A DNA stretch of 64,000 nt from Octopus vulgaris (Eukaryota). The notes below the pieces were generated by a model that did no database searches, was not told the origin of the DNA, and saw nothing but the letters and a program-made list of their open reading frames with translations. Of this stretch, positions 1 through 16,024 are shown one piece after another (position 1 is the first letter of the stretch; each line of letters starts with the position of its first letter). Position numbers and translations under genes: made by a program. Where the stretch lies: NCBI GenBank assembly GCA_951406725.2, contig OX597819.1, positions 88,474,001 to 88,538,000 on the forward strand, read 5' to 3'.

Positions 1-259
1 TACTCTTTCGCTCCAACTTTCTCTCACTCTTTCTTCTTGTTTCTTGTCCCCGACTTCCTACGCAACCGCTGAGCCTGGATGCGCATTCATCCATCCGTCG
101 ATGCTCTCTGTGTCGGGGGTTGGCCTGCTTTCTCTTCTGCGGGTCTTACGAATAGCAAAGGACCACGTTTCGGACTTCTCCCACTGGGACGAAGACCACT
201 TTCCTCAACAAACAAACAAGCAAACAGCAGCAGTAGCGACTTTTACATAAAATTTATGA

Positions 260-1180
260 GGAGCAATCAGCCATTGAGACTAAGGCACCAAGTTAGATTC
301 CCTGACAGTGAGGTAGGTTTCTCACAACTCGTTTCTTTGACGCAGCTGTTGTCCTGGGTCAAGCAAAGACAAAGACCAGTGGCCTGGCATCAAGGATGTT
401 GTCAGGCATTCGCAGCTCTCTACAAGACTGGCAATGGGATAGATGGAACTTACAATTTAGCATTCAGTAGATGACTAGTGAGAATATAGTCGTCCACAAG
501 AATCAATAGGCTAGTCTCTTTCGGAAGAGATTCAGTCAAGGGCATTGTCGGTTCAAATTATATACACTGAAGAGCCATGAGCCAAGCCTGACCAAGATGT
601 GTGCAGAGCGATGAAGCCGTACTGCGCGCATTCATACAGTGTCCTTGTATTGTTGACATGTAGAGTTATATCCAACAGCTATTGTCATGCGTGGGATGAA
701 TCTAGCTATCGAGTGAGCCCATCTTATAGATCGTTCGGTTGCCTTCTTTTGATCGGAAAGGAATGATAGTTTTCCTTTCTGGTGGCTTTGGCGGAAGAGA
801 TTGTGGACACGACTGAGAGGAATGAGGACAGATGCATTCCATTTCGACTAAGCTCTCATCGGCTTTTTCATGTGCCACAGAGAGAGCGAGATGACGATAA
901 AGAGGCAGATACTGGTCTCCGGTAACTTTAATGGAAGGTGGGTGAAAGTGATAAGTATGATCCAACTGAATGAGCCTACTCTCAGAAAGCACCCGGCATC
1001 TGTGGAGTTCCTTGACTGGTTTTAAGTGGTGGCTCTACTCTACCTGTTCTGTATTGCAGTTTATAGTGCGTATTACTTTCTATTTCTTTTCATTCGATTC
1101 CAGAGTTAACCTCCAGTACACTTTATGTAACCTGCCCTTGTAATATCTACTTATCTATCACCTTCGTAGTATAAAAGAAA
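260..1180 (+). mobile_element. Degenerate Tx1/L1-like non-LTR retrotransposon, 3' part of ORF2 and 3' UTR
   Basis: Manual + strand translation at ~586-690 gives A*PRCVQSDEAVLRAFIQCPCIVDM*SYIQQLLS, a decayed CxxC-E-H-C zinc knuckle followed by W, as in L1/Tx1 ORF2. Stops and frameshifts are present. Ends in ...ccttcgtagtataaaagaaa. Confidence 0.5.
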
Positions 1181-2279
1181 ACCTTCTTGGAAGAATCGTT
1201 AGGACGTCAGACTTTGCAGTGTTTGTTCTGATTTTATATATTTTATATATTCTGAGTTTAAATCTCGTCGTGGTTAGCTTTGCCTTTCATCCTTCACGCT
1301 TTGACATAATAAAATACCAGTAAAATACTGTGGTCGATTGTATCGACTTGATTCATCCCGCCAAACTCCAGGTCTTGTATCTATCTTAAAAAAAGAATAT
1401 TTGTGTTGCTGTTCCTCAATATTGAAATACGAATTTTCATCGCTCTATCAGTTTGTTATGATTACATTTCATATTACCTATTTGAGCGCTTTATTCTTCT
1501 GTTAATATGTTCCGTTTTATTCCATGATATGTCGGGGGCATGATGGCTAGTTGTTCCTCTGTTAACTCTTTTGGGAGCCTCATTTTTTTTTCTTTTTTAC
1601 TTTTCTTTTTTTTTTTGGTCTTCTAAAATGTCATTTTCAGATTTCGGCAGAAAATAAGAGTTGACGTACCACCGGCCACATTGCACATTGTACGAGTAGT
1701 AAATAACTATGAGTTGCTGTCAGAAAATGTTGTTGCAAATGGCAAGCATAGCTCGCCTGAATGAGCCTACTCACAAAAGTTGCTATTTTGCAGTCGATTT
1801 TCACGCCTTCATTTTTATTTTTAAATTTAATTTTTTATTTTTTATTTATTTATTTTTTTCCGTAATCGATTCTGCATAAAACACTCCGTTTTTAAAAACT
1901 GTTACTGTAATGTTCCACCTCCCGCCACTCTTATTGCAAATAAAAAGAAATCATCATCATCATCATCATCGTCGTCGTCGTCGTCGCCACCGCCATCTCT
2001 TCGTCATCATCGTCTCTATTACTATTAACATTGCTATTGTTAAGTGTTGTTGTTACTTTATAATACACAAAAACGAAATCAACTTTTATTTTGATGACTA
2101 ATCGATCAAAACTATATTTCAAGAGATTTGTGATTGAATATTGATGAGTCAGTCGTTGTGGGAAGTATTTATTTATATATTTGTCTCTTTATTTAATTAT
2201 TGATTTCTCTACAAGTAATTAGAAGATGTTTCGCTGAGATTTAAGTGTAATCTATCCATAGATTAGTTTATCGATATTT

Positions 2280-2625
2280 CTGTGGTGAGTTTCGATGGCC
2301 GATGGTACACAGTAAGGGACCAAGCAACCGAGAGTTCGAGAATTTGTATCATGTCACGTGTTCTGCCTAAGACATTAAACACAACCTGTGTTGGCAGACT
2401 GAGCAACCACCATACAAAGCCTTTCTCGGTGGAGAAAACGGCTTTCGGTAGTTGTTCTGCTTTCTAGAAATAACAGCCAAATTTCTTTAAAATTTCACTT
2501 TGCTGTGACATAAACGTAGTCTAGAAATAAGACAGGATAGTCATGGATCTGGAAAGCCTTTTAAAATAGGTTTGCTCGCTCAAAGCCGACCTGGGGATCA
2601 ATAAAAGAATAACAATAGCAACAGC
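2280..2625 (+). repeat. Interspersed repeat family E (unclassified, ends gctgacctgggg... then CAA-rich tail)
   Basis: A similar 3' motif recurs at ~6010-6085, ~18890-19090, ~25140-25360 and inverted at ~44480-44510. Confidence 0.35.
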
Positions 2626-2631
2626 TACATC

Positions 2632-2740
2632 AGCGACGGCGATGGTGGCAAAGAAAGCGGCAAAGACGACAGCAAAGACGGTGGCAAAGATGGCAGCGAA
2701 GACGGCGGCAAAGATGGCAGCAAAGACGGCGGCAAAACGG
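2632..2740. repeat. 12-bp GC-rich minisatellite (aaagacggcggc variants)
   Basis: About 8 degenerate tandem units; source of the AAVF/AAIF ORF. Confidence 0.8.
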
Positions 2741-3050
2741 GATGATGATGGTGACGGCGATGACGAGACTACAACAACAAAGAAGACATATTTCTTTCTC
2801 AAATGACTCCCTCAATCTTGTAACATCGCCATTTCGCTGTGAGCATAGACATCACTATTAAATTGATGAATGTTCCTTCTGCTTGCAGACTGCAAATTTT
2901 ATATTACATTCATCGCTATACATATAACAGGAATAATCTTACACTACACTGTCCCTTGGCATGAACAACAAACAATAAAATCCTCAAACTCACTACAAAT
3001 ACTAGACCCCCGCCTGTCAATTTCACTTTGCAATATTACGTATACATGAA

Positions 3051-3252
3051 GGCAAACTGGCAGAATCGTTAGCACGCAGGGCGAGATGCTTAGCGGTATT
3101 TCGCCCGTCACTACGTTCTGAGTTCAAATTCCATCGAGGTCGACTTTGCCTCTCATCCTTTCGCGGTCGATTAAATAAGTACCAGTTACACACGGAGGTC
3201 GACTTACCCACTCCTCTCAAATTTCAGGCTTTGTGCTTATAGTAGAAAGGAT
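3051..3252 (+). mobile_element. SINE-B (tRNA-derived head), tail type 1
   Basis: Head ggcaaactggcagaatcgttagca, B-box gagttcaaattcc, central gcctctcatcctttcgcggtcgattaaataagtaccag, tail aaatttcaggctttgtgcttatagtagaaaggatatt. More than 15 copies in the window. Confidence 0.85.
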
Positions 3253-4134
3253 ATTACGTATACAGAATAGCAAGACCTGTAAGATTCCTTTTCAGGTAGA
3301 GAAAATAATTCAATCCTGTTCACTTGATGAGACCAACATTCGAGTACTTTTCGCATGACGTTGCTGCAAAACCTTTTAGAATATATCCAAAAGAAAATTG
3401 TGCTTTTCGTTGGTGTGTAATTATTCATCAACACTCAACAGCCAGCACGAAAATATGCTATTTCTTTTCTCTACTTCTTGTTCTATTACAATTGGCTTTT
3501 GTTAATCATAAAAAGCTAGGGCAAACCACCTCCAGCCTAACTGATCATTGCAATCAGCTTTCCTCTTTTCATTTCCACTGTTTCACCCGCCTCAGTTCAA
3601 AAACATTGCTTTAACATTTAGTTTGCAAAACAGATTTTTTGTAAAAAAAATTTCTTTCCTGCTCGTGTTCTTACTGCTGACGTTGACCTTCAGAAATTTA
3701 AACTGAACCTCAACGACATTGATTTAACTCATTTGAAGAGACCTTCAAAGACTGTTAATGCTGCCCTTCTTTAACTTACTGATTAAATAACGAACATAAA
3801 CTAGGTCCAACATAATAATACTTTCAATTTCAAAGTACTTTGTTTTTCATTGAACATTTTAAGGGAACCTAAAATTTTCATGAAAGTCTCACAATTGAAA
3901 GATTTCCAATCGAAAATGATAGAATTCTTGTCAAAGAATAATTCTAAAGATTTCTTAATTATTTCTATTTCTATCAATTTTCCTTGATATTGAGATTGAT
4001 AGGAAGTAATCCACCACGAAGAGTTACAAGTTGATTATGCAAAGCCAACAGACAGCATAATCTTTCTAACAATATAATTTTAAAAAAAACAACAGATGAT
4101 TGAAAAAACACGCGACTTCATTGAATGTTCTTTT

Positions 4135-4590
4135 AAAGTTTTATCGTTTATTTGTTTCAGACATTGGACTGCGGTCATGCTGGAACACCGCCTTGAGGGG
4201 ATTTATCGATACTAATACTGTTTTTCAGTCGCTTTTGCCGAAATGCTAAGCTAAGGGACGTACACAAATCAACACAGGTTGTCATGCGGTGCGGTTAGGT
4301 GACAAAACTAGGCGTGCACACACACTCACACACGCACAAACGCACACTCACACACATATATATAATATATACAAATATACATAAAAATATTTGTGTATGT
4401 ATGTATACACACACACACACACATACACACACACTCCGGCATAATTTCCGTCTACCAAACTCACTCTCAAGGCATTCATTAATCGGCCCGAGGCTATTGT
4501 AAAAGACACTTGCCTAAGATGTCACACAGTGGGACTGATCCACTAGGTTGTAAAGCGGGCTTTTAAACCACACAGCCAAACTCTGCGCCT
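4135..4590 (-). mobile_element. SINE-A, diverged copy
   Basis: Matches the SINE-A copies at 8100 and 61040, including the internal CA/TA microsatellite. Confidence 0.75.
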
Positions 4591-4909
4591 ATGTGGTTCA
4601 TAATTTGAAAACCTTTCTAAAAGGTGTGATATATTATGGAGAAGAAAGAGGCGATAAGATTAAGATTAAATATTTTAATATTAGTATAAACACCATTTCA
4701 TAGCTTGCGGAATAATACGAGTGGGTTCTTCGAAAACAGAAGTGACAAGAATTTAGCACAAATAGACAAGCGCGCTACCGACCCTCCCATTCCAACCACA
4801 CGCACACAGATATAACTCAGGTTGAAATATCTTCCCTTTATTCCTTGTAACATCATATTGTTGAAAAAGACAGTCTGCATTAAGTTTGATGAATTTGACA
4901 GTGAAAGTA

Positions 4910-5206
4910 TGGCACTCCGTCAGTTACGACGAGTTGATCCGATCAACGGAATAGCCTGCTCGTGAAATTAATGTGCAAGTGGCCGAGCACTTCACAGACA
5001 CGTGTGCCCTTAACGTAATTCTGGGGGAGATTCGGCGTGATACAAAGTGGGATAAGGCTGACCTTTTGAAATTCAGGTACAACCCATTTTTGCCAGGTGA
5101 GTGGACTGGAGCAACGGGAAATGAAGTGTCTTACTCAAAGTCACAACGTACCGCCGGAAATCGAACTCGCGACCTTACGATCGTGAACCAAATACCCTGA
5201 CCACTA
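4910..5206 (-). mobile_element. SINE-C (tRNA head, CORE/Meta-like central domain)
   Basis: Minus strand reads tagtggtcagggta...gagttcgatttcc, then gtgactttgagtaagacacttcatttcccgttgctccagtccactcacc. Related copies at 45050-45300, 29545-29660 and 24960-25095. Confidence 0.7.
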
Positions 5207-5339
5207 CAGAAAAAGTATACATTGTACAAATTCAAAGAAAAAACAAAAAAGAAAGAACACTCTGAGAAAATTGTAGGATACTCTAAGTTTCTTTAACCCG
5301 GCAGGATGTATAGCCTAAAGATTAGTAATCTATCCAGAT

Positions 5340-5678
5340 CGAGCTGCTCGAGGTCACAGCATTGGTCTGTAGTACCGTCATAGCGTCGGTACTATGGCTA
5401 TGTGGTTAGGCTGCTTCGGAGAGAAAAAATCACCGTACAGATTCTTCAAGTCGGACCAACCGGCGGAAGAGTTACGGGTGGACCAAGACCGAGATAGTTG
5501 ATTAGTATCTATAACTGACCAGGCTGGAGAATCCCGCTGTAAAGTGTAACGACGGTGACTTTTGACATGAAACACTGAGGGAAGCGCCTGAGGACTTTAC
5601 CCTCACGATACTCTTGGGAATAGTGGAGACGGAAATGGATGGATAGATGGATGGATGGATGAATGGATGAATGGATGG
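5340..5678 (+). mobile_element. RTE-clade (Rex3/Expander-like) LINE 3' end with (ATGG)n tail
   Basis: Translates in part as QILQVGPTGGR, homologous to the fragment at 60225-61035. Ends ...gtggagacggaaatggatggat..., the tail type of Expander/Rex3 elements. Confidence 0.6.
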
Positions 5679-6454
5679 AAAGAAGGGAAGAAGGGTGAGC
5701 AAAAAGCATTTTCAACTTTTACATACATCTTCCAAGCGTTTGATTTTATTTTTATTTACAAAAACAAAAAAAAATCAGTCTTTTCAATTATTCTCATCTA
5801 CTTCTCTGAAGTCTTTTAAGTATTTTCATTTCCTTAATTCGACCACAAGACGCTAATGGAAGAAACGAAATTTCAAAACAGAGCTGTCTGCGAATGTAGG
5901 GTGTCTGAATGCCTAAAATTTAATTAATTAGAAAATTAAATTATTAAAGAGATGAATACAGAAAAATAATTATATCATATTTAATTAGCTTATGAAAAAA
6001 AAAAAGTGAGAACAGCTGTAACCATCCAGTCCTTTAGGGCATAGATATGTCAGTCATAGCTGACCTGGGGCTGAATGGCAATCACTACTAAATTAAGAAT
6101 TATGAAATGTTTGTATGGTAAGAATGTAAATTGGAAAACCTTCATTCAGTGTGAACGATCTTAACTCCCATCTCTATAAACGTCTGTTTATCCTCACCGT
6201 AATACCATTGTGCTTTTGTTTGCTTTTGTTTTGGTTTTCCCAAGTATATAAATTTTGACAAATATTAATTTTAAAAAAAAATCATTAACATCCTCATCTT
6301 CTCCGTTCTCTACGTTCACTTCCTCTTCTGCCTCCTCCTCCACATCATCATCATCATTATTGTCAACGTCATCGTCATCATCATTTATATGAATGCATTT
6401 TTGTCTTCGTTTTAGCATGCATGTATCTAAATGTATTTACATGTAACTATACGC

Positions 6455-6455
6455 G

Positions 6456-6487
<32 letters not shown>

Positions 6488-6559
6488 TGTATGTATGTAT
6501 GTATGTATGTATGTATGGATGGATGGATGGATGCATTCATGTGTGTATATATGTATGTG

Positions 6560-6626
<67 letters not shown>

Positions 6627-6729
6627 ATCTATCTATCTGTCTATCTATCTTTCTTTCTTTCTTTCTAACTGTGTGTAACTATTCATGTATCAGTGTTAAT
6701 ATCTATGTACAAAATTATACGCACATGGG

Positions 6730-6813
<84 letters not shown>
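6455..6813. repeat. Compound microsatellite (TATG)n(GATG)n(TATC)n(CT)n(TA)n
   Basis: Directly visible. Confidence 0.95.
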
Positions 6814-6817
<4 letters not shown>

Positions 6818-7539
6818 CTGGACAGACCGCTTATGTCTATCCAGCCAATTGATTCAGTCATCGGTGCACCTTAATACTTAAAATTATCAAAACCTTGTAT
6901 AACAATGGTGCAAGAGTTGAGGAAGATTTCGCTCATATTTCTAGCAGATCGAGGAACCATATAGAAATCCACTCTTTAGTAATGTTACAGTTGTACATGA
7001 GTCAACATATTACTTTTAGTTAGTCAAAAGATAATTTTAATAAATTGAAATTACACCTGTAGAGAGAAATAAAATCATTAGGGTTCTTGAGAATTCTTGT
7101 CAATAAAGGTAAGGGGGACAACTCCGAAATTTAAGTTAATCAGAAATTTAATGGAGACATATACACGGGAATGAGCCTAATCTTCAATAATTTACAATAA
7201 TAATTCTGGATATGTTTTCGAATTATTAGAGCTTCTCAGCGAATTCCTACCAAATATTCTCGTAATGAGAAGAAAAGCAACGCATTAGTATTAATGGCGA
7301 TTCTTGGAAAGAAAATAAGAGAAAGAACTCTGAAATTTGAATCGATAAAAATTTAAATGATGATATACACAGAAAAAAAAGAGTCTGGCCTTTAAGTATA
7401 TAGAATGGTAACACATAATGTGGAATAAATATTGAATTTCATGTGGCATAATTAAATTGCAGATCGAAAATTTCGAAGAATAAAACTGATTTCTAATAAA
7501 ATCCAAAGAACGCACACATATGCATGTATTATGTAGTAT

Positions 7540-7726
7540 ATGTAACGTGTATACATATGTGTGTATGTGTGTATCAACACATACACACACACACACACCC
7601 TGGATATATATATATATATATAAATATATATGTATATATATGTATACATATATATATATAGATAGATATTTATATATGTACATATAAATGTATATATATA
7701 TACATATGCACACATATGTATATATG

Positions 7727-7789
<63 letters not shown>

Positions 7790-7810
7790 ATGCACACATA
7801 TGTATATATG

Positions 7811-7883
<73 letters not shown>

Positions 7884-7901
7884 TACCTACCTATATATAT
7901 G

Positions 7902-7966
<65 letters not shown>

Positions 7967-7978
7967 ATGCGTGTGTGT
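7540..7978. repeat. Compound (TA)n/(CA)n/(TG)n microsatellite with an internal ~100-bp duplication
   Basis: Directly visible. Confidence 0.9.
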
Positions 7979-8099
7979 TATATCGTTTCATATCTAATAG
8001 CATCCGAAGGTTAATAAATGTTATCGACTTTCAGTGTGGATTCAGATACACGAACATAGACAGGCGGAGAACATCCAAAGTTAAACTGTATGACGTCTA

Positions 8100-8530
8100 T
8101 ACTCTTTTCTCTTTTTTACTCTTTTACTTGTTTCAGTCATTTGACTGCAACCATGCTGGAGCACCGCCTTTAGTCGAGCAAATCGACCCTGGGACTTATT
8201 CTTTGTAAGCCCAGTACTTATTCTATCGGTCTCTTTTGCCGAACCGCTAAGTTACGGGAACGTAAACACACCAGCATCTGTTGTCAAGCAATGCTAGGGG
8301 GAAAAAATACAGACACACAAACACACACACACACATACATGTACATATATATATATACATATATACGACAGGCTTCTTTCAGTTTCCGTCTACCAAATCC
8401 ACTCACAAGGCATTGGTTGGGCCCGGGGCTATAGCAGAAGACAATTGCCGAAGATGCCACGCAGTGGGACTGAACCCGGAACCATGTGGTTGGTTAGCAA
8501 GCTACTTATCACACAGCCACTCATGCGCCT
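8100..8530 (-). mobile_element. SINE-A, full length (tRNA head, internal microsatellite, AGTAAAAG-type tail)
   Basis: Minus strand starts aggcgcatgagtggctgtgtg (A-box-like) and includes ggttcagtccc (B-box-like). Near-identical to the copies at 11687, 15597, 52905 and 61040. Confidence 0.9.
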
Positions 8531-9135
8531 ATAGTAATTCTTTTGTTTGTTGTTATTTTTGTTATTGTTGTTGCTAATTATTTATTTACGGTTATAAAGA
8601 AGAGAAATGAACTGAAGATAATGCAGCAGAGAATTGAAACCGGATCGTAGACTCTTCACCGCGAGGAAGAGGTGGCAGATTTCTTCCTATAACACAGTTC
8701 CGGCTAAACTAAGTAGCAAGGGTTATAATAGATATAACGAGCAAGAGTTATGAGGCACTCACATACATACGTATAAACACACACACAGATATGTACACGT
8801 ACATATACACACACATTGACATATGCACACACACATACACATACGCACATGCACACATACATACACAGAGAGCGTTAGAGGGGGTAGGGAGTGAAATAGA
8901 AATGTACGTATATAAACATAGTACGTAGGTTCAAGTACACAGATATGCTTGAACACCCACACGTACACAGGTATAAGCACACCCACACGTACACAGGTAT
9001 AAGCACACACTAACACATAACAATATATGCATACATGCAAGTGTACATACATAGGTAAATACATACATACACGCATGCACACACATATACATACATTCAT
9101 GCATACATACACGTGTATGTATATATTTGTATATG

Positions 9136-9174
<39 letters not shown>

Positions 9175-9264
9175 CTAGCTCTCGTTCACACACGCCTATA
9201 TACACACACACATCCATGTAATTTACTTGACAACGCGCTGTCTCATTCTCTTTCTTTCTCTTTT

Positions 9265-10960
<1,696 letters not shown>

Positions 10961-11537
10961 AATGCGACAACATGCAAGCAGATGTGCAATATCTCTCATA
11001 TACTTCATATTTATATATTTGTTAATTTATAACTATTCTTTCAAATTTTGACCAGCAATTTCGAGAAAGTAGGTAAGTCGATTACGTGGACCCAAGTGAC
11101 CTACTGGTACTTATTTTATCGAGTCTGAAGTAAAGTCGACCTCGCTGGAACGTTAGCTTGCAGTAATGCACACACCCTTTGAGTGTGTGTGTGTGTATTT
11201 TGTGTGTGAGTGTGCGTGTGTGTGCGTATGACTGTGTGTATGTGTATGTGTGCCTCTCTCTGCTTCTCAGTTTGTCTCTCTCTCTTTCTCTATCTCTCTC
11301 TCTATATATATACATACATATATATATGTATATATCTTCTCTCTCTCTATCTGGCTCTCTCTCTCTATATATATATAGGTGAGAAAGTTGGTGTGTGAAA
11401 GCACGTGGTTGAATATATAGAAAATGGTAAAAAGTGAAAAAACTACAGAAGGCTTGTTTTAAAAGGTTAAAAAATATACTTGAGTCATTATGTCAGAAGA
11501 ATATTATAAAATTTTTTATACAGTGACATAGTTTTTA

Positions 11538-11619
<82 letters not shown>

Positions 11620-11686
11620 GTATTTATGTATATATCTTTTTCTCTATCTTTATCTCTCTCCCTAAATATATATATACATATATATA

Positions 11687-12112
11687 TACTCTTTACTCTC
11701 GTTTTACTCTTTTACTTTTTTCAGTCATTTGACTGCGGCCATGCTGGAGCACCGCCTTTAATCGAGCAACTCGACCCCGGGACTTATTCTTTTGTAAGCC
11801 CAGTACTTATTCTATCGGTCTCTTTTGCCGAACCGCTAAGTCACGGGGACATAAACACACCAGCATCGGTTGTCAAGCAATGCTAGGGGGACAAACACAG
11901 ACACACAAACACACAAACACACACACGCATATATATGTATATACATATATACGACAGGCTTCTTTCAGTTTCTGTCTACCAAATCCACTCACAAGGCTTT
12001 GGTCGGCCCGAAGCTATAGTAGAAGACACTTGCCCAAGGTGCCACGCAGTGGGACTGAACCCGGAACAATGTGGTTGGTGAACAAGCTACTTACCACACA
12101 GCCACTCCTGCC
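11687..12112 (-). mobile_element. SINE-A, full length
   Basis: High identity to the 61040-61456 copy. Confidence 0.9.
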
Positions 12113-12118
12113 ACTATA

Positions 12119-12223
<105 letters not shown>

Positions 12224-12281
12224 GGAGGGAGAGATAGATAGAAAGTTAGATAGATAGACAGAGACAGACAGACAGACAGAC

Positions 12282-12331
<50 letters not shown>

Positions 12332-12347
12332 ACACACGTACGTTAGT

Positions 12348-12427
<80 letters not shown>

Positions 12428-12429
12428 TT

Positions 12430-12469
<40 letters not shown>

Positions 12470-13093
12470 CTGTTTTTAATTATTCAAATTCTTCTGAGGA
12501 AGGAGCAGGTTCCTAACAAAAATATGAAGCTCCTTCGCTGGAAAGTGGATAACGAAAACAAGATCACATTTTAAATACGAGTTTTGCATATTGTTACTGT
12601 TCCACCGATAGACTGTATTTTTAACGTGCGAGTTAGTTGGTTGATTTCTTTTTCTGAAAACCCAAGTTTATCCAGACTGTCACGAAATCAAATGCAACAA
12701 TTATTATTGATATAATTGTGAATTCGTAATCTGAATATAGAATCTGGAGGTTTCAAAGCAGTTGATCATAGCTACCCTTTTTCTCTTTGATGTTCAGAGA
12801 CATTCACATCAGCGGGATGGTATATACTGTTACTTGTCTGTCCCAAACAGCAATATCCGACCCCTTATGCTTACACCTGACAGATGTTTTGATGGGAATG
12901 TTCTACCAGTATTCCTTGTGTTCATATTTGTGTACGTACTTAATATCAGGGGTTTTCTCCATATTTATTCTTGGACAGTCTTTTGTGTTTTTTTTTTTTG
13001 TTTGTTTTCTTTTTTCAGATGGCATTGTATATTGATTTAGCGAAACGTTGTGTTGCATTGGGTGGTAGTAAGTTTTTAGGTAGCTGCTAATCA

Positions 13094-13802
13094 CATGTAT
13101 GTATGTATGTATGCATGTATGTATGTATGTATGTATGTATGTATGTATGTATGTATGTATGTATGTATGTATGTATGTATGTATGTATGCATGTATGTAT
13201 GTATGTACATGTGTATGTATGTATGTATGCGCGAGGACATGAAAATACCTGAGTTGGTGTCCAGGCGCCCTGTTGGCTCACTTGGTGTGGGAGGCCCTCT
13301 CTGTTGTTGTCGCAAAATCTCTCTAGGAGAGAAAACCTGCGACACTGACTATATTCGATGATGTAGACCAGTTCTTCTTTTGGAGTTTATGTTGGACATG
13401 TTCAGAGAGTGGGATTGAATTTGTGCAAATCCTTTCCCCACTATAAAGAATTATCATGCACAGGCATCGCTTGAAAAGAAAAGTAAGACCTGTCACAAAA
13501 ATGGCTGGTCGTAGCCTTCGCATGTGTAGGACTTTCGATCAGGCGATGGCAAAACTCGAATACAAGTTTGCAGCCATCATGTATGTATGTATGTATGTAT
13601 GTATGTATGTATGTATGTATGTATGTATGTATGTATGTATGTATGTATGTATGTATGTATGTATGTATGTATGTATGTATGTATGTATGTATGTATGTAT
13701 GTATGTATGCATGCATGTATGTATGTATGTATGTATGTATGTATGTATGTATGTATGTATGTATGCATGCATGTATGTATGTATGTATGTATGTATGTAT
13801 GT
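13094..13802. repeat. Two (TATG)n arrays flanking a ~350-bp non-repetitive island
   Basis: Arrays at 13094-13229 and 13578-13802. Confidence 0.9.
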
Positions 13803-14004
13803 CTTGGAACAACGCTTCCATTTTTCGATAAGTTTTTACCAATTTTGTGTAAATGTCTTGGAAATCGGAATAAGGTCTGACCTAATGAGTCTGTAGAGTC
13901 GTAACAGACTTAAAGTGCATGAAGAAACCATGCATTAGTTCATAGAAGATGGCGCTCTCGGAGCACCCTTTGAGGTCATGTCTGTTGTTATTCAAAGAGA
14001 AAAG

Positions 14005-14405
14005 GGCAGCAAGCTGGCAGGATCGTTAGTGTGTCGGGAAAATGCTTTTCTATATTTGTTTCGCCTCTTTACTTTTCTCGCTTCAAATCATGGCAAAGTT
14101 AAATTAGCCTTTCATCCCCACGAGGATGGAACAGAATACCAGTCAATTTGTTATCGCGTAACATAATCTCCCCTTAAATTTACTGGCCTTATCCCTACAC
14201 CTGACACAATTATTAGTCAGTAAGAAATGTCATGCAGTATGTGTCCCGTTTGTTTTACAGTCTGAGTCAAAATCCTGCTGAGTCAACTTTGCCTTTCCAC
14301 TTTAAGATGTCGAATAAATAATTTAATAGCCAAGGACCGAAGGTCAATGATATCGACTAACTCCCTACCATCAAAATTTCCAGCCTTGTACCTAAATCAG
14401 AAACC
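14005..14405 (+). mobile_element. Two highly diverged SINE-B remnants
   Basis: ggcagcaagctggcaggatcgttag head and gcctttcatcc / ctttgcctttcc central motifs. Confidence 0.55.
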
Positions 14406-15596
14406 GCTGTTCAAAGCGGTGTACTGTTTTCTGTTGGTGATAGATTATGCAATGGAGTTTTTTTTGCGGGTAAGTGTCTTGTTTCATACAGTGAGCAGAG
14501 AATAAAATACCAGCCGATTTAGATTATACTGACAAATTGGTGATGATTACATAAACAATATAAGAAATTCGATTAATATTGTATACTTTAATAAAAGAAG
14601 GAAACAATATTGTTCTGGTTATTAACTGTTGAAGTGCAGAAATGACGAATATAAATTTTATGAATCCATCTAACTGCCGTATAGGAGAAACAATAAAAAC
14701 CAAGGGACATTCTAAGTTTTTTGGACTATGGACGCAAGTATGAAATGAAATAGAATATTATAAAAGCAGAGCTTGCAATGGCATGCTAAAATTCATAAGC
14801 AAGTTCAACTGATATACAACAAGGTAAAAATTTATATATCTTTAGTATAATCAATATTAGATTATGGATGCGATATAAGTACCATATTTAATTTTGATGT
14901 GAAAATATTGTATATATGAGAATGTATGTATGTATATATATATATATATATAAACATACATACATACAAATATATATATGCTCATATGGGTACAGGACGT
15001 CACCAACAGTTCAAACAACATGAAATACGTAAACAAACGAGTTAAATACGTAAATATCGAGAAAAAATGGAAAACAGGACTGGTAAAACACAGAGAAATG
15101 ACCTTTCATCAGTTGTCGGCTGGCTATCTACTCCTCATTTCGAGCATTCAACGACAATATGAGTCTTCCCAGACAGTTGCTCCCATAAATTCTAAAATGA
15201 AATTTACGATTTATGGAGGGTCAAAATTGGATTTAAAAAATATGAGAGGAGACATACAAGAAACCGAACGAAAACAAACATGTGGGGGTCGTAAGATCAG
15301 AACGACAGAAAAATAGTGAACGCTGTAAAAAAAACTTTTTTGAAAAGAGAAAAGATAGAAGAAAGAGAGAAAAAAACGTCCGCTCTTTTGAATGTCCGTG
15401 CAGGAAAGGAAGATGGTCACAAGAGGAAAAGAAAGATGGACGATGGTCACGCGTGAGCAACAGGAGAGAGAGAGAGAAAGAAAAAGAGAGAGAGAGACAG
15501 ATAGAAAAAGATGAAGGAGGAAGAAGAAGAAAAGGAAATTACATAAGGAGGACGAAGAAAACAGTATAGAGAGGACAGTCGCATCGAAAAGATGAT

Positions 15597-16024
15597 GCGC
15601 AGGAGTTGGCTGTGTGGTAAGTAGCATGCTTACCAATCACATGGTTCCGGGTCCAGTCCCACTGCGTGGCACCTTGGGCAAGTGTCTTCTGCTATAGCCC
15701 CGGGCTGACCAAAGCCTTGTGAGGGGATTTGGTAGATGGAAACTGAAAGAAGCCCGTCGTGTATATGTATATATGTATATGTGTGTGTGTGTATGTGTTT
15801 GTGTGTGTGTGTGTTTGTCTCCCCCCCCCCCAACATCGCTTGACAACCGATGCTGGTGTGTTTACGTCCCCCGTAACTTAGCGGTTCGGCAAAAGCGACC
15901 GATAGAATAAGTACTAGGGTTACAATGAATAAGTCCTGGGGTCGATTAGCTCGACTAAAGGCTGTGCTCCAGTATGACCGCAGTCAAATGACTGAAAGAA
16001 GTAAAAGAGTAAAAGAGAAAAAGA

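Noticed and set aside
2521-2802. Hydrophobic AAVF/AAIF repeat ORF
   Set aside because: Explained by a 12-bp minisatellite; no splice or homology support.
7200-7260. Minus-strand ctgagaagctct...cgaaaacatatc hammerhead-like string
   Set aside because: Core and stem II are too degenerate to support.
15090-15160. Minus-strand ctgatgaa with upstream cgaaa
   Set aside because: Flanking stems do not pair in any hammerhead topology; probably part of an unclassified repeat (14985-15590).
15597-15675. tRNA-like heads of SINE-A, -B and -C as tRNA genes
   Set aside because: No complete cloverleaf is evident and each continues into a SINE body.
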